From a virus, in UHGV virus genome UHGV-0172001: a stretch of DNA of 46,559 nt. One strand, 5' to 3'. Below are positions 1 to 7,749 of this stretch, one piece after another. The notes beneath the pieces are model-generated. The model ran no database searches, had not been told where the DNA came from, and was given only the letters and a program-made list of their open reading frames with translations. The position numbers were made by a program, and so were the translations under genes. Every line of letters begins with the position of its first letter. The first letter of the stretch is position 1.

Positions 1-41
1 ATAGCGGTCATAAAACCGCCGCGAAGCAGTCGACCGATCAT
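1..41 (-). CDS. 5' end of a flanking chromosomal gene (partial, first 13 codons MIGRLLRGGFMTA)
   Basis: The reverse strand reads GGTGGA (RBS), a short spacer, then ATG ATC GGT CGA CTG CTT CGC GGC GGT TTT ATG ACC GCT, running off the window edge. It lies outside the phage modules. Product not recognised. Confidence 0.3.
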   Translation of the reverse strand, partial: MIGRLLRGGFMTA

Positions 42-109
42 TCGAGTTCCACCTTTTTATTCATAAGGCGGGACACTTTCAGGATTTTGAATTTATTCAA
101 TTTTTTCCT

Positions 110-131
110 TTCTCCAAAATCTCTCCAAAAC
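110..131. repeat. Candidate attL core: two tandem copies of TCTCCAAAA
   Basis: TTCTCCAAAAT (110-120) and TCTCCAAAAC (122-131). The same TTCTCCAAAAC occurs at 46361-46371. A match of only 10-11 nt could be chance. Confidence 0.25.
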
Positions 132-349
132 TTTTCCCCAAAACAGGACCACGCATTTTACAGCATTTTTATACATGGGTGAGCTTACTAGGACAGAAAA
201 GTATTCCAGTTTGTTTACCCATATCGCTTTCCGAATGAGATTTTTGATGTGATTTCTTCGTGTTGAAAAACCACATAATGTGGTATTAGAATTAGCTATC
301 AAGATTCACTTTGAATCCGTTTTGAATCCCATTGAACTCAGGAGTGACT

Positions 350-553
350 ATGAAGCGTAAAAGTGTGGCTTTGTTACAAGCCATTGGCTCGGTTATAGCC
401 CTGAGCCCGACGGTCGTTTCAGCAAATGGTATGCCAGCGAATCCAGTTTCCGCTTTGCGTCAGGATGCTGCGGCTATCAGAGGCGATTTCCAAAAAGCAA
501 TGGTATCCGTTAACGTTGAAAAGCTGAACAATGCCAGATCAAAAAGAAAGTGA
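350..553 (+). CDS. Small hypothetical protein with a signal-peptide-like N-terminus (67 aa)
   Basis: AGGAGTG RBS 4 nt upstream of ATG 350. MKRKSVALLQAIGSVIALSPTVVSA is followed by a polar tail. It overlaps the next gene by 23 nt. Confidence 0.45.
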   Translation: MKRKSVALLQAIGSVIALSPTVVSANGMPANPVSALRQDAAAIRGDFQKAMVSVNVEKLNNARSKRK

Positions 554-998
554 GAACACCAAACTCACTTGTGAAGAACAAAAGGATAATGAACTGGTTT
601 CTCGAGTAATCGAAAATCCAGAGGTCTTAAACAGGGTTTTGGATAGTCCGCAGGTGCGGGCTATTGTTTGCCAGCATTTTCAGGGGCCTGTTCCGCCACC
701 TTCAATGCTTAAAAAGTATGATCAACTGGTGCCTGGGCTTGCAAATCGACTTGTTGAGTTGACCGAAAAAGAGCAGGCTCATCGCCATAAAACAGTGGCT
801 GATAGCATTGATATTGCCAGAGATGGTCAAACAAAGGCTTTTTGGTTGGCAATATTGATCATCTTAGCTGCCACTGTCTTTGGCGTCATGGGGGAGACAG
901 TTCTTGCCGGAACTCTCGTTTCAATAGATCTTGTTGCATTGGTTACGGCATTTATTGTTGGAAAACATTATTCTAAGCAGGAACCTGATCAAGATTAG
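531..998 (+). CDS. DUF2335-like membrane protein (155 aa, two C-terminal TM helices)
   Basis: Polar N-terminal half with PPPSMLKKYDQLVPGLANRLVELTEKEQAHRH, then the hydrophobic stretches FWLAILIILAATVFGVMG and LVSIDLVALVTAFIVG. The family assignment is from memory of the DUF2335 pattern. Confidence 0.5.
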   Translation: MPDQKESENTKLTCEEQKDNELVSRVIENPEVLNRVLDSPQVRAIVCQHFQGPVPPPSMLKKYDQLVPGLANRLVELTEKEQAHRHKTVADSIDIARDGQTKAFWLAILIILAATVFGVMGETVLAGTLVSIDLVALVTAFIVGKHYSKQEPDQD

Positions 999-1004
999 TC
1001 TCCG

Positions 1005-1030
1005 AACCCCGGTTGATGCCGGGGTTTTTA
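1005..1030 (+). terminator. Intrinsic terminator after the attL-proximal two-gene module
   Basis: CCCCGG ttgatg CCGGGG stem followed by TTTTT. Confidence 0.6.
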
Positions 1031-1074
1031 CACTAGCAAAGCAATATCAACATTTTTCAGCTGTATTTATTTCG

Positions 1075-2193
1075 TCAAACAACCAATTTAACCCATTCCT
1101 GACCACGAGTATCGTTATAACGATCGGTGGTTGCCTGGACTTTATGTCCCAGTAATGTTTTTGTATCAATACCCTGCGCGCGGTACAGTCGTTCTGACAG
1201 GGAGCGTTGTTCATGAAATGTTGGCGGAGTTTTTCCTGCTGGTGGAGTTATCCCAGCCAGATCCCGTGCTTTGGCAAAGTAGTCGCTCAGGTTGTCTTTA
1301 CTCATCGGCTTTGGTTGTTTCTGGTGCCGACTATGGATTAGATATGGACTTAATATTCTGTCTCGGCACCCATCAATAACTTCTTTTAACGTTATCCCAA
1401 TGGCATCACAGCGTAGTGTAAGCGGTAACGCCAGACGCATTCCGGTTTTTCCCTGGGTGATATGCAAGTGTTCGTTCCACACATCTGAAAAACGCATGTG
1501 GCAAATGTCATCACGGCGCTGACCAGTAACAATCGCAAGAAGCATTGCGTTACGGATAAAGTGTTTTTCAGGCGTTGCGTTGTAAATTTTTTGCCAGTCT
1601 TCCAGGGTGAGCCTGGCTCTAGTTACTTTAGGGATCGGTTTACGGGTAGCCTCCGGAGGATTCCATCCAGGAGGAACTTCCCCTGCATGCTGTGCTTCTT
1701 TATAAATATCAACCCATAATCCACGATTTACTCTCGCTGTGCTGACCATGTCTTTATCCAGCCACTCATCCAGTATTAATGCAAAGTCTCTTACTTCCAG
1801 TTCTTTCAATGGGTAGTTTCCCAGACGGGAAACCAGGTATGCAGCCATTCGGGCTTTTTCTTTGTGAGTTGTAGCTGCAATATCTCCATTTTTCAGTCGC
1901 GTGTCCTGTATTTTCAGATATCGATCAACCCATGCCTTTAATCTGATACCCCGACGTTTTGTTGCTGACGGGCTTTCATCAATTTTGCGCATGAAATATT
2001 CAGCTTCTGCTGCTGCTATTCGCTGATTGGCTGTGGAAGCAATTTTTTCTGCTTTACCTTTATCTGTTCCGAGTCCGTGAAATTTTCCAGTCACAGGGTT
2101 TTTATACTGGTAGTAAACCCTGCCAGTTCTGCGATCAAACTTTTCGTAAAGACCGGCTACGTCAGTGCTGTTTTTTCGTGGCCTCGGTGACAT
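1075..2193 (-). CDS. int: Tyrosine recombinase, phage integrase (372 aa)
   Basis: C-terminal catalytic signature (GQRRDD..., HEQRSL, LGHKVQATTDRY). The position next to xis and the prophage end fits. Confidence 0.9.
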   Translation of the reverse strand: MSPRPRKNSTDVAGLYEKFDRRTGRVYYQYKNPVTGKFHGLGTDKGKAEKIASTANQRIAAAEAEYFMRKIDESPSATKRRGIRLKAWVDRYLKIQDTRLKNGDIAATTHKEKARMAAYLVSRLGNYPLKELEVRDFALILDEWLDKDMVSTARVNRGLWVDIYKEAQHAGEVPPGWNPPEATRKPIPKVTRARLTLEDWQKIYNATPEKHFIRNAMLLAIVTGQRRDDICHMRFSDVWNEHLHITQGKTGMRLALPLTLRCDAIGITLKEVIDGCRDRILSPYLIHSRHQKQPKPMSKDNLSDYFAKARDLAGITPPAGKTPPTFHEQRSLSERLYRAQGIDTKTLLGHKVQATTDRYNDTRGQEWVKLVV

Positions 2194-2431
2194 GAGTTAA
2201 AATCTCCTTCAGTGCATCATCATCGCCAGTATGAATTTCCGGCGCAATTCCCGTTTCACTTGGTCCAACAAATACTGCCCGGCGATCTATCAGCCAACGC
2301 CCACGAATTTTTTGTGGTCTCGGAACGATGTATCCAAGTTTTCCGTATTTCACCAAGGTAGTGTTTGTTATTGGGAGGCTGAACCGTTTAGGTTTCCACT
2401 CGTCGAGCGTTATCAGGTACTGTTCGCTCAT
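2162..2431 (-). CDS. xis: Excisionase-like DNA-binding protein
   Basis: YLITLDEWKPKRF...LVKYGKLGYIVPRPQKIRGRWLIDRRAV resembles the lambda Xis winged-helix pattern. It overlaps the int start. The start was chosen at MSEQYL. Confidence 0.65.
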   Translation of the reverse strand: MSEQYLITLDEWKPKRFSLPITNTTLVKYGKLGYIVPRPQKIRGRWLIDRRAVFVGPSETGIAPEIHTGDDDALKEILTHVTEATKKQH

Positions 2432-2492
2432 GGCTATCACTCCGGAACGCGCCAGTTGCAGAATACCAACGACAACTGGCGACGGTTGAACA

Positions 2493-4949
2493 TTAAAAAT
2501 CAGCCTGACTCGGGATCAGTTTTTGCCAGATAGCTGAAACGTATTTTGCCTGGTAACGGGCGTCATCAAGTGCATTATGGCGCTCACCTTCGAATGGAAT
2601 AGCCGTTCTGGCATCGAAGTCTATGGCTTTCCCCAGCTCAACGATTGTGCGTACATCGCGATCGTTGTAGTAGCTCCACGGGCAGGGGATCCCCTGCCGT
2701 TCGTATGAACGGCGTAAAATCACGTTGTTGAAGTTGGCTTCCTTCCCCCAGATCTGAACAAAAAATTCACCGGAGTTTTCGTCGATAAATTCCCGCAATT
2801 GCAGCAGTGCATCATCTAACGGGATTTCATCGGTCATAATGGCAGATTGCGCTTCGCGTGATTGTTTACACCAGTACTTTATTGCGCCCCGGTCGATGAC
2901 TCCGCCAGCAGTTTCCAGATCGATGGTCTTGCTAAATTCCGGCCCCATATCTCCGGTTTGCGGATCGTAAAATATTGCACCTATTGAGATAATCGGGGCA
3001 TCGGGACTTGTGCCCATAGTTTTAAGGACGATCATCAAGTGGTGCCACACCCTGCTGGTGGATGTGCTTTCATGATGACCGTTCACCTTAACTGAGTGAT
3101 TTGTCGCCTCGCCAGTTTTATTATCGCTATCGTGATGCTGATTGCTGCCAGGGTTCTCCTTGTGTGGATGTTCAGCGTCTTCCATTTCCTTCGGATCATT
3201 TTCCTGAACTTCAACCTGATTCTCTTCATCGAATGTTTCCTGGTATGTTGCGTCGCCCATCACCGCGCCACAATCAGGGCAGTTGCCGCCACCGCTCTGA
3301 CCGCAGGCGGTGCAGACTTTTTCCAGTTCCTGTTGCGCTACTGGCTCGGATTGTTTCGTTTCTGGCTCGTTTTGTTGCGCATTTCGGCTGTTTTGTTCCG
3401 CTTTCTGGTCGTTCTGTTCCGATTCTTGCTGGTTCTGGTTTACAGAATCGCGGGTTTCAATCCCCTTCACCCATTTCGGATCATTCGGGTCGCTAATCCC
3501 TGCAACAAATTCTCCGCGAGAGGCCGCAAGCAACTTATTGGCGTCAGGCTGGCTGATATTGGATGCCTGCATAATTTTGTTTACTTCGTCAGCGGTAACT
3601 TTTACCTGATTAGCCGGATCTATCTGTGCCTGAGTATCCAGCGATTGCGTGTCCTGGCGATGTTCAGTTGTATCCGGCTCCATTGTTTCAGCCGTTGCCT
3701 GTTCATCTGCCATTGCGTCAGACGGTTGTGATTTTTCCTCATTATTTTTTTCTTCTTCTGTTTCGCGTTTAGCAGCCAGTTCGCGGTTAACTTCTTCCAG
3801 GATATCTTTTTCCGGTGTATGTCGTGCAGCAGCGAGAGTTTCCTCGGTAGGGTTCTCGTGATCAGTCTCCGTTAAATAGGCGTTGATATACCCCTGAAGG
3901 CGTCCCGGGTAATGATAAAACTCAGGGTGTGCGCTCCGGATAAGTGCAAAAATAGCGGCGCGGGAGTAATCCAGGATACCCGGGATTGCGCGAAGTGCTG
4001 CGGACCATTCTTTGAACGGACTTTCTTTCTTCCGGACGACTTCTTTTGCGCGACGATAAACGCTGCCCGGAATTTCATAAATATTAAAATCCATCGGAAG
4101 TGTGGCCGCTGCTATCTCCACATCCAGCGTATCGAAGGTGTGTACTAAATTCGGATTGCGATCGGTTTTGTTCCCTCCACCGGCATTAGCACCGGAAGCC
4201 GTGCGGGTGATGCGTGAAACACGATTTCCTCTCATCCACTCTTTTGTCAGCAGACCGCGATCGGTGTAGTCAGCGTCCAGATATGCTTCGAAAAAAGCAG
4301 TCATTAGCCCCAGGCCTGAATTGCCAGGATTAGGGAAAACTTTGTCAGTATCACGCACCAGTTTGTGGAGATCGCGAATTTCCAGTGGATCGAGCAGACT
4401 GGTTTTATGCGAAATAGCGAGGGCAGTAACAGCCGGTAGTTCTTCAGCCCGTGCAATGTGTAATGCCTGGAGTTCGTCGCGTGAAACGTGCGTTACCGGT
4501 TTTTCGCTGCCGCGTTGAGCAAGCCAGCGAATGGGCAGTTCCTGACCGGAAACCGGCAGGAGCATGTTCTCCTCAATCTCAGCCATGTCTTCGCCGTTGA
4601 CGTTGGTATTGTCAGTGCTGGCTGGTTTATCCTGAACAGAGGGCGAGGGCGCGATAAGTACCATTGTGATACCATCTTCCCCGCCTTTTTCGTATCGGTT
4701 GCAGAATTTGGTATCAAACACGCCTTCCGGAGGAAGGTCATTCACAACGGGTAAATGGACGCGAACAGGTTTTTTAAAATCCTCTTCGTCAAATCCAGCA
4801 TCGTCCATTGCGACAACACCGCGTGATATTGCAACCGATAATTTTTTTGCTGTGCGCCAGTAAAAACCGCCTTTAATCCCAAGGCGTTTTCTGACTTTGT
4901 CATTTTTTGCTTCGTAATATAGTGCAATTTCTTCTTTATCAGCGCTCAT
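2493..4949 (-). CDS. RecE-N-terminal-region-like protein with a C-terminal DnaQ/DEDDh-type (Rv2179c-like) 3'-5' exonuclease domain (818 aa)
   Basis: Residues about 110-640 are colinear with my recollection of the Rac RecE N-terminal region ([42 protein letters not shown], Zn-ribbon [28 protein letters not shown]). The last ~190 aa instead carry [25 protein letters not shown] and HNALDDA, which are DEDDh motifs. Confidence 0.8.
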   Translation of the reverse strand: MSADKEEIALYYEAKNDKVRKRLGIKGGFYWRTAKKLSVAISRGVVAMDDAGFDEEDFKKPVRVHLPVVNDLPPEGVFDTKFCNRYEKGGEDGITMVLIAPSPSVQDKPASTDNTNVNGEDMAEIEENMLLPVSGQELPIRWLAQRGSEKPVTHVSRDELQALHIARAEELPAVTALAISHKTSLLDPLEIRDLHKLVRDTDKVFPNPGNSGLGLMTAFFEAYLDADYTDRGLLTKEWMRGNRVSRITRTASGANAGGGNKTDRNPNLVHTFDTLDVEIAAATLPMDFNIYEIPGSVYRRAKEVVRKKESPFKEWSAALRAIPGILDYSRAAIFALIRSAHPEFYHYPGRLQGYINAYLTETDHENPTEETLAAARHTPEKDILEEVNRELAAKRETEEEKNNEEKSQPSDAMADEQATAETMEPDTTEHRQDTQSLDTQAQIDPANQVKVTADEVNKIMQASNISQPDANKLLAASRGEFVAGISDPNDPKWVKGIETRDSVNQNQQESEQNDQKAEQNSRNAQQNEPETKQSEPVAQQELEKVCTACGQSGGGNCPDCGAVMGDATYQETFDEENQVEVQENDPKEMEDAEHPHKENPGSNQHHDSDNKTGEATNHSVKVNGHHESTSTSRVWHHLMIVLKTMGTSPDAPIISIGAIFYDPQTGDMGPEFSKTIDLETAGGVIDRGAIKYWCKQSREAQSAIMTDEIPLDDALLQLREFIDENSGEFFVQIWGKEANFNNVILRRSYERQGIPCPWSYYNDRDVRTIVELGKAIDFDARTAIPFEGERHNALDDARYQAKYVSAIWQKLIPSQADF

Positions 4950-5026
4950 TGATAAACCTCGTAACTATTTTTAGTGTGAGCAAATCCCTGCCATTTCTGA
5001 CATATAAAAATGAAATCGGATATTAA

Positions 5027-5230
5027 TTACGGTGCTGTTTTAAGTCCTGCCGGGACTTCGTTATTATCCATGCGAATAACTTTATCGACCGGATAACAGT
5101 TACCGGGAATTTTCTGTTCATCTGCGGCAGCCATGCATTCTTCCATTGAGTCACGTATATCAACAATAAGATCAAGTGGTTCGCCTGTATTAAGAAAAAC
5201 TGTCAGAACGAGTGCGTATGCTGTATTCAT
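5027..5230 (-). CDS. ydfD: YdfD-like small protein (Qin prophage lysis-associated protein homolog)
   Basis: MNTAYALVLTVFLNTGEP...EQKIPGNCYPVDKVI closely matches my recollection of E. coli YdfD. ATGA overlap with the dicB stop. Confidence 0.8.
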   Translation of the reverse strand: MNTAYALVLTVFLNTGEPLDLIVDIRDSMEECMAAADEQKIPGNCYPVDKVIRMDNNEVPAGLKTAP

Positions 5231-5415
5231 TGCCAGTATCCTTTTTGCATCAGACGTAAACGGGCCAGCATTGAAACAATGCATATTTGATTTAATAACT
5301 CCCGTTCGTGTTTTCTCTTATTAATGGCATCTTCAGTAAATGCAGGGTTACTGATACTGACACCAATTTCAAAACAACCTTCAGACGTATTAACGTTTGG
5401 TAATAACGTTTCCAT
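5227..5415 (-). CDS. dicB: Cell division inhibitor DicB (62 aa)
   Basis: METLLPNVNTSEGCFEIGVSISNPAFTEDAINKRKHERELLNQICIVSMLARLRLM is near-identical to K-12 DicB as I recall it. Confidence 0.9.
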   Translation of the reverse strand: METLLPNVNTSEGCFEIGVSISNPAFTEDAINKRKHERELLNQICIVSMLARLRLMQKGYWQ

Positions 5416-5596
5416 TATCGCGTCCTCAACAATGAATTTTGTGATGCGGTGCCTGGTGCCTCCAGGTGACGTTAACCAGTTAACAATTAACGCCGGATAC
5501 AGGGAAACCCATAAACACCCGATACGGGGGAACTAATCGCTTTTTAACTGTTCCGCGTGCGCTGAGCCGCATTCACCGCATCACAAAATTCACTTT

Positions 5597-5653
5597 AAAA
5601 AGGGCGGACATCAGCCAGCAATGAAACTGATGCCGCCAAAAGGTAATCAACAT
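5597..5653 (-). ncRNA. dicF: DicF-like sRNA with intrinsic terminator
   Basis: The minus strand reads ..TTTTGGCGGCATCAGTTTCATTGCTGGCTGATGTCCGCCCTTTTT. K-12 DicF as recalled reads TTTGGCGGTATCAGTTTTACTCCGTGACTGCTCTGCCGCCCTTTTT. Same position immediately upstream of dicB. The 5' end is approximate. Confidence 0.7.
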
Positions 5654-5984
5654 GGGTTGTTGCAGCGGGGTTGTCACTTAAGCGTATGGTCAGCCTGACA
5701 ACCTGGTGCATTTTCTGGAGCAATGGAGGAAACCCCAGCCATACTTACCGCCGCGCCATTTCGCGGATTGCCACAACCGGAAGCGCACAATCGAAGAAAT
5801 CTAACGACAAGCCCTCTAAGGAAAAGACACCTCCGCCGTGCGCTTTCGCGTTATGCCCTGAGTTTTCAGGGATATATCCTTTCAGTAAACTGCCAGTGCC
5901 GGATTCTTATCCGTGTCCGGCGCACGACAACACGCTGTCACGTGTGGTCTCCATTCTCAACCAGTAACCTCAATGGAGGATAAA

Positions 5985-6194
5985 ATGCCAAACAAGCCAA
6001 TACATCCGCTTATTGAAAAACAGATTGAATGCCTGGTTAATCAACTCAGGCAATCAGGGTTATTAAAAACTCATTCAGAGCTAGGACTCACAGAATCGGC
6101 ATTCGACGATAAATTAAATAATGCGCTTTATAATGGCATCATTGATTACAATCGTGGTGCTGGTCGTCGTGGCCCTGCTGGTACAGCTTTGTAA
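5985..6194 (+). CDS. Hypothetical protein (69 aa), opposite in orientation to the PL operon
   Basis: GGAGGA RBS 6 nt before ATG 5985. Polar, helical-looking sequence (MPNKPIHPLIEKQIECLVNQLRQSGLL...). Its stop abuts the stop of the convergent 216-aa gene with no spacer. Confidence 0.5.
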   Translation: MPNKPIHPLIEKQIECLVNQLRQSGLLKTHSELGLTESAFDDKLNNALYNGIIDYNRGAGRRGPAGTAL

Positions 6195-6845
6195 TTACCA
6201 GTTAATCCATAGCGGATAGTGTTCAGCATAAATATAGCTATACACATCCAGGTTGTATTTGCGGTCTGTCCTTAGCAGGTCGCAAATACACGCCGCAGCT
6301 TCCAGGGCGGAAGCTTTGTTGCTGAATAACCATGTAGCAACATTCCAGCGATTATCTTTATCCCACTCTTTTGCGAGAGCTGACACCACGAAGGAGCCGT
6401 TGGTGTTGCCATCAAATACTTCCGTTTCCAGATTTTTAAGTAATGCCTGGTGAATTTTTGCCAGGTATTCAGTCGGAATTTCGCCACGGATTCGGATAAG
6501 GTTGTCATAAACAAACATGTTTCCCGCATATGGCGATTTTTCTTCCTTGTTTTTTAAACCAGCATCATGAGCAAACTGATCAATTTCTTCTTCCGTTGGT
6601 TTCGTATTGATGTTTTGCGCTGTCGTTTCTGCAATTTTCTTTGCCGAATTCTCTTTGTAGTCATTGTTCGGGAACGAGTAAGAATACAGACCGACAAAAG
6701 AATTGCGGACATTATTTGATAAATTTCTGATGAACACTTTATCTACTAATATCATTGGGTTCTGCGCCAGTTGCGAGCGAATCACATCAGCGGCCATTTC
6801 CTGTATTGATATTGGTAAATCTTCAAATTCCATCGTCAACCTCAT
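6195..6845 (-). CDS. Hypothetical protein (216 aa), AT-rich orphan in the PL operon
   Basis: Long ORF whose start is translationally coupled (TGATG) to the upstream ydfA-like gene. No motif recognised. Visibly lower GC than its neighbours. Confidence 0.6.
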   Translation of the reverse strand: MRLTMEFEDLPISIQEMAADVIRSQLAQNPMILVDKVFIRNLSNNVRNSFVGLYSYSFPNNDYKENSAKKIAETTAQNINTKPTEEEIDQFAHDAGLKNKEEKSPYAGNMFVYDNLIRIRGEIPTEYLAKIHQALLKNLETEVFDGNTNGSFVVSALAKEWDKDNRWNVATWLFSNKASALEAAACICDLLRTDRKYNLDVYSYIYAEHYPLWINW

Positions 6846-6997
6846 CAGTCAGTGTTTCTGGCCAACCAGCGACGCGCGCCAGATTCGGTTTTAAACGTTT
6901 TGCTTTTGGTATACGTCATAGCGGTGAACGTGCCGTCCTGGTTTGGAAACACGCCGTACACCAGAGACTCGTTGTTGTCAAGATAGATAGTATCCAT
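6845..6997 (-). CDS. YdfA/YdaF-like DUF1391 small protein (50 aa)
   Basis: MDTIYLDNNESLVYGVFPNQDGTFTAMTYTKSKTFKTESGARRWL matches the DUF1391 pattern of the Rac/Qin first PL gene. GAGGT RBS. The longer track ORF would begin upstream of the predicted PL promoter. Confidence 0.7.
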   Translation of the reverse strand: MDTIYLDNNESLVYGVFPNQDGTFTAMTYTKSKTFKTESGARRWLARNTD

Positions 6998-7070
6998 GCT
7001 GACCTCATTTCCCCTTAACGCCGGGGTAGCGGAACTAAGACCTGTCGCACCGTTGTGCTTTGATGGTTGA

Positions 7071-7112
7071 ATGATACTATTCAAAGTAGATAAGTCAACA
7101 CAAAAAGTAGAA
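7071..7112 (-). promoter_or_regulatory. PL-like early-left promoter with two TCTACTTT operator motifs
   Basis: Minus strand: TTGACT - 16 nt - TATCAT. TCTACTTT sits in the spacer and a second copy sits just upstream of the -35. The same 8-mer occurs in the PR spacer. Confidence 0.55.
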
Positions 7113-7152
7113 TTTATTGTATCGTTTTCTATATAAAGTTGTTTTTTAAGGC

Positions 7153-7176
7153 AAAAAAAACCGGCAATGCCGGGTT
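7153..7176 (-). terminator. Intrinsic terminator downstream of the repressor gene
   Basis: The minus strand reads CCGGC att GCCGG followed by TTTTTTTT. Confidence 0.65.
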
Positions 7177-7193
7177 TGTTAATGGATAAAAAA

Positions 7194-7679
7194 TCACTCG
7201 GAAGGAGGGGGGCAGGCGTATTCCTTGTAGAAATCGTAAAGCTTCTTGAGTCTCATCTCAAAAGCTAGGAGCATGTTCTTGGCTTCAACGGGGGGGAACT
7301 CTCGATACGTTCGTATCAGTCGTTTTTCATCCTCACTCAACTCGGCGAACTCACCACTACAGCTGGTGTCGGATTCTTGTGTTGTAAATGCTCCCCCTGT
7401 CGGTTCACTTCCTTTTTCCACCAGTTGACCATATTCCAGCCATGCGGGCTCGACCCCCAGGAACTCCGCTATTCGCTCAAGTTTTTCGTCTCGCGGTTTA
7501 GCGGTGCCCAGGGTATAGCGCCGCGCCATTTCGTATGTAACACCCGTGGACAGGCTTAAATCCCTGATGGATACATTTTTTTTGTCCATCTCAGACTTAA
7601 GCCTTGTCGCGAATGCGTGATGTTTATGTGTGCTTTCTATCATATGTGGAAGGTTAAAGCAGTTACCGTGTTTCGTCAT
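7194..7679 (-). CDS. DicA-like HTH_XRE prophage repressor (CI functional analog, no S24 peptidase domain)
   Basis: HTH segment VSIRDLSLSTGVTYEMARRYTLG. The C-terminal LSEDEKRLIRTYREFPPVEAKNMLLAFEMRLKKL resembles the DicA C-terminus. Divergent from the cro-like gene. The start ATG 7679 is preferred to the track TTG 7700, which lies inside the PR -35. Confidence 0.75.
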   Translation of the reverse strand: MTKHGNCFNLPHMIESTHKHHAFATRLKSEMDKKNVSIRDLSLSTGVTYEMARRYTLGTAKPRDEKLERIAEFLGVEPAWLEYGQLVEKGSEPTGGAFTTQESDTSCSGEFAELSEDEKRLIRTYREFPPVEAKNMLLAFEMRLKKLYDFYKEYACPPPSE

Positions 7680-7722
7680 TTCTATTTTGTGTAGTTGCAA
7701 TTTCTACTTTTCGTAGTATTAT
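7680..7722 (+). promoter_or_regulatory. PR-like early-right promoter and operator region
   Basis: TTGCAA (7695-7700) - 16 nt - TATTAT (7717-7722). The spacer contains TCTACTTT and the dyad CTAC-N5-GTAG. Confidence 0.55.
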
Positions 7723-7749
7723 GGCGTCATTCTTGAAACGAGGTTAACG

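Noticed and set aside
93-302. 69-aa minus-strand ORF in the left flank
   Set aside because: It is AT-rich with no RBS and an odd composition. It lies across the putative att and regulatory region. More likely non-coding.
3096-3731. Plus-strand ORFs (211, 131 and 99 aa) antisense to the RecE-like gene
   Set aside because: They mirror the Q/E-rich low-complexity region of the real gene. Their Leu/Phe/Arg/Cys-rich composition is typical of antisense artefacts.
5538-5548. boxA-like CGCTTTTTAAC
   Set aside because: It lies on the plus strand, whereas the PL operon that would need antitermination is on the minus strand. No adjacent boxB-type hairpin is present. Probably fortuitous.
5671-5983. Two overlapping plus-strand ORFs (98 and 86 aa) in the dicF leader region
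   Set aside because: Neither has an RBS. Their Arg/Pro/Ser/Thr-rich sequences are implausible, and they overlap each other in different frames. The region is better explained as structured RNA.
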